From: Porphyridium purpureum
Taxonomy: Eukaryota
Length of the DNA: 64,000 nt
Reading direction: 5' to 3'
Assembly: GCA_008690995.1 (NCBI GenBank)
Contig: VRMN01000010.1
Coordinates: forward strand, 62,001-126,000
Shown piece by piece: positions 60,232-64,000 of this stretch. The translations under genes and the position numbers were made by a program. Position 1 is the stretch's first letter. The number at the start of each line of letters is the position of its first letter. The notes under the pieces were generated by a model, which did no database searches, was not told the DNA's origin, and saw nothing but the letters and a program-made list of their open reading frames with translations.

Positions 60232-62669
60232 GCCGATGCTGGTGCCTTTGAGTTTTGATGCGGACGAACAGTGTCCCGGTGTCGCGCCGGTTGCTCGTCA
60301 GTGTGTACGTGGAGCGCACGCGCGGGTGCCACTGACTGAACAGACCTTGCGAACATCGACATGGTTGCTGCGCCTGGGACGGGCTATGTTTTCCGGCTGG
60401 AAGCGAGAATGTTGTTTTCTTTCTGCGGAACGCCTGGAGGCCGGGCCCGTGTAGCGTGCTGTGGAACGCTTGATTGGCGCTGGCTGGTGTATCCAAGCAC
60501 ATTTGCGCGTTTCGGGCGTCAACGCCTGCACGGGCTGCGCTCTGCTAGCCACGCGCCAAGTTCATCCCGGTGCTGTATGAAAGGATCCTCCTGCCTGTGC
60601 GCTGACGCAACGATTACAGAACGAGGATTGAGACCAGTGGCTCAGCGCGAATGTGCGCCGAAAATCAGCAAGACCCGCTGGTTCGAATGCTGTCTGCCAG
60701 ATGGGCGCGAGTCTGCGCATGTTGTGTGCTCCGCGTGACAGTCTCATGCGAACCCTTCAAATGGCATTTCCATAAAAATGGCTGGGGACATTTTTGGTGT
60801 CGTGCGCAAGCTCTTTGCAAATACCACGCGCACGGACACATTCCTCGAGCAACTTTGGTACTCAGCATGTACGCCGTGCCCGCGATACGAACACGCTTTC
60901 TCACTGCGCTATGCCTACCTACGCACACCATGCCCATGAATCCGTTGGCCACTCGCCGTGACCGCTCTATCTGACCCTTCCGGACACGTCTTCACTCGCT
61001 TACTGAACAACGCCTTGCAGCCATCGCGGACGTCGTTTGATGCTCTTGCACGTCGCGATTGTCTGGACCGACTGAACGGTATTCATGTCTGGACAAGTTC
61101 CAGAAGTCGGGCCTGCATTCTCAGGGCTGGGTTCTCGTTGTTGTTTCTGGAATTGCAACTGGAAGAACGGCCAGTGCCGAAATAGAGTGCTGTCAAAACT
61201 TTGGAGTTTCTCCTACAAAGCTGTACTTCTACTCTGCAAGGTTAAATATTTCAGGCAGGTAGCTGCCTCTTGCAGCTGTCGCAGACGGCGTCGTGGGGCG
61301 TACAGCACAGCCTCACCTCGTGCGTAAATAGCGCGCCCCACTTTCGGGGGTGCGCCGTGGGATGCGAAGGTTAGAAGTAGAGATTAGCGTGGAGAATAGA
61401 TAAGACTAAAAGTTTGTTGTGCTAAAAAGTGGCAAGGGGCTGAGAAGCTACCTCCTGCGAAGCCGACCGCGTGTACGCTGTGGGAATCCCATTGGCGGCC
61501 GCGTAGCAGCCTTCTCCGCGCTGTGTAGGTCTCTCCGGGGTTGCTCACACCCCGTGAAACCGGCTAGAAAAAGCGACAAGTGCAGTTACACAATCGAAGA
61601 ATGTAACGGGAAGAGGGAGTGTAGAGTATTTCAGAGCAGCTTTATGTGCTCTTGATCATGAAGTCAATCGGTCACTGCCTCTTGGGTCAGGACCGTCTGT
61701 GCACGACCAGAGCAAGTTAGAGGATATAGAACTAGCTCGTTACACAGCCTCCTATCCCGTCCGACAATAAAGAGAGAAGGGCAAGAGAGAAGCCCAATTA
61801 AGACATCCACAAAACATCTGCACAAGGGAGCAGGGTGTCGGAGTGGCGAGGCTCTCTTCACAGAATGCAGCAGTTGACGTAAGAGATCGACGGAGGCCAA
61901 GGATCGCGGTGACTGGTCGCACCAGCTTTCGTCGAATAATTGGCGGATTCGGCCGAGCGACCGAGGAGCCGAAGACAAAACGGTACAAAAGGGCGACCGG
62001 TCAGTTTTAGGAGGGCGCGCGTGGACTGTGGATAAAAGGGAGCGTCGGAATTTCTTCTCTAAGGGGTTTTCCTGCGCTACTTCCCTGCGTCTTCCCTTCT
62101 TCGATAAGAGTGATTGAGTATAGGTGAGTGAATAAATTCATTTTAGGAGCCATTGCGATGTGTTCCTGTTCGGAAACCTCGCTCCGCTGATGGACAACCT
62201 CCAATCCAACGACCAAGTTTATCAAGTTCTAAACGTATAACTTTTCCAACTCGCACTCCCTACCGAAGACCACCACGGTCGCGCTCAGCATCGAGCTTCG
62301 CGTGCGGCTTATAAGCCAACGGACCCTTTCTCCTACGCTCCTACCGCCGGCCGACAACCGCAGCCACGTTTCCCCTCTCAAGTCACGTCCCTTATCAGTT
62401 ATTAGCTTAACGGCTTAACGACTACAAGGTAACTGCTAACCGTTAACCGCCATGCTCCACGCATCTTAACAGTTCCTCTTGGCACGACGCCCATTGCGAA
62501 TGACATTGTGACAGCTGGCCCCATCCTTCAAGCTAGATAAAGCAAACACGAGACGGTGTCGCAGCTGAATTAACAAGAAAACGGGAGAGCAGGAGGCTCA
62601 TTAAATAGACCGCTCACGTCGTCTTCAACCGTTTTCCGACCCGCCGCTCTCCACGCGCCTCAGCACGCA

Positions 62670-62891
62670 CGCGCACGCTCTGCGTGCACCTGCGACGCCG
62701 CGCGCTAGAAGGTCACGCGACTGGCGACCACAGAACATGCGCGCGCGTCGATGCAGACGCGCGCAGACGCATTCTGAGCCTGCGCGCGTCTCCCATGCGA
62801 GCTACGCAAACCGCAGGCGCAATGTGCCGTGGATAGAAACACGCCAATCGCCGTTTCCCGCCACGTTGCGGCAGTTTAGCCATCAGTTCGA
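62670..62891 (+). repeat. Dispersed ~230-bp repeat, copy 2
   Basis: Diverged direct copy of 57655-57884. Confidence 0.72.
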
Positions 62892-63273
62892 CACTGCCTG
62901 TGAAACAGGATTATGAATGGGGGCATGAGCGTAGACGAATGCCACGGTGCGTATTGTCGCCTTACCGAGAGATGATGACTTTCCGATTCCAATGCCGCCT
63001 TTATACGTTAAAACCTATTCATCTCTGCCTCCCAGTCTAGACAAGCACCACGACAAAGACACGGGCACCTCTTGTATATCTCGGCCTCGCGAACCCGGAC
63101 CGAGGTGGGCTGAGGCTCACACAGCGCGCGCACGTGGTGGTCCACTACGCGTACCGGTCGTCACCTTGGCGCCCCCATTGGCGACGACCCCTCGAGTCAT
63201 TGCGGGTACAAGCGTGGCGCCCCCACGGGTCATCGTCGAGCTCGTCGCGAGGATTTCGAAGTACTCTTCACGC

Positions 63274-63594
63274 TGTTGTATCCTTTCCTTCTGAGAGATG
63301 CAAGTGCGGGTTGTGCACGTGCCTTTAGGAACTCAACCCTGCCAAGACGAAAACTCAATTTCTTCAACAAATTCCGTTTGTTTAACTTCACATCTCTACC
63401 TAAAAGTATGAGCTGAAGCCTGCCAAACGACTCGCCATCCTGCTTTCATACTCTGCTCTCAGCCCACTCGAAACCGGGTCAAGTGCGTCGCACCACGCCC
63501 CTTCGCACTCGCAACCCCCTTTTCCGAAACAACCCCAAGGTTTCAAACCAAGCCGACAAAGCGAATCACCTCAAGCAAGGGTCGCGTTCAAACA
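63274..63594 (-). repeat. Probable 3' LTR of a second copia element (~321 bp)
   Basis: Follows PPT AAAAAGGGGAAG; minus strand starts TGTTTG and plausibly ends CAACA at 63274, where composition shifts; the partner LTR is outside the window. Confidence 0.65.
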
Positions 63595-63604
63595 CTTCCC
63601 CTTT

Positions 63605-64000
63605 TTAGACACCTTGCTTGACCTCTTGCTCAACATGGTCAAGTACTTTCCCAGTCTGTAAGAAGCGCGCTAATGACTTGTTGCTTTTCACCTTGGTAAG
63701 CGCGTCTGCTAGATTATCTTCACCCCTAATCCAGCAGATTCTTGCAATTTCTTGCCGCTGAAAAGCCTCTCTGATGACTGCTAAATCCAATGCGAGACGC
63801 TTCTCTGTAGTAACTCGGCTGGTCGTCACCGAATCAAAGATGCATTTGCTATCTGTGAATAAGTGCAGCTCCACTTGTTGTTTGAGGCTGTGCAACAAAG
63901 CTTTCACATATAATCCGGCATCCAACGCATCGCTTAGGGCCAGCACTTCTGCTCCTAAAACGCTCCTCACGATTCTGCGAGTCTTCTTTGATGTCCATAG
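63605..64000 (-). mobile_element. pol: C-terminal RNase H of a second Ty1/copia pol (truncated by window edge)
   Basis: WTSKKTRRIVRSVLGAEVLAL, LFTDSK, TEKRLALDL..IRE, WIRGEDNLADALTK. Confidence 0.9.

Noticed and set aside
60678..60700. GGTTCGAAT T-loop-like sequences (also 9771, 32597)
   Set aside because: No T-stem or cloverleaf can be formed; no tRNA called

Overview
Eukaryotic, GC-rich, compact and apparently intron-poor window. Plastid-targeted genes (stromal processing peptidase, fibrillin with an MAFV transit peptide) and the gene packing suggest a unicellular red alga such as Porphyridium; this is inference. Bases 1-51.4 kb hold about 30 single-exon housekeeping genes (RagC/D, ARFRP1, NDUFAF6, SPP, ELP2, clathrin light chain, pirin, LAG1, FPPS, reticulon, MYB, NDUFA9, RPS28 and others), several prokaryote-like genes and a gene-poor gap at 26.2-31.2 kb. 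The main discovery is an intact minus-strand Ty1/copia-order LTR retrotransposon at 51779-57637 with identical 278-bp LTRs and a GATGA target-site duplication. It lacks a tRNA primer-binding site. Instead, the 15 nt next to the 5' LTR are perfectly complementary to a site inside its own LTR, the geometry of Tf1-style self-priming. Its gag and pol lie in one frame separated by a single UGA-CGG readthrough-type stop, and its LTRs end TG...CT rather than TG...CA. Other leads are a securin-like protein, a PPR fused to a chlamydial-looking TrmB, a WD40-EH-EH-SAM-like protein, a recurrent GTACAG promoter motif, and the 3' end of a second copia element at the window edge. All family calls come from motif recognition; no searches were run.
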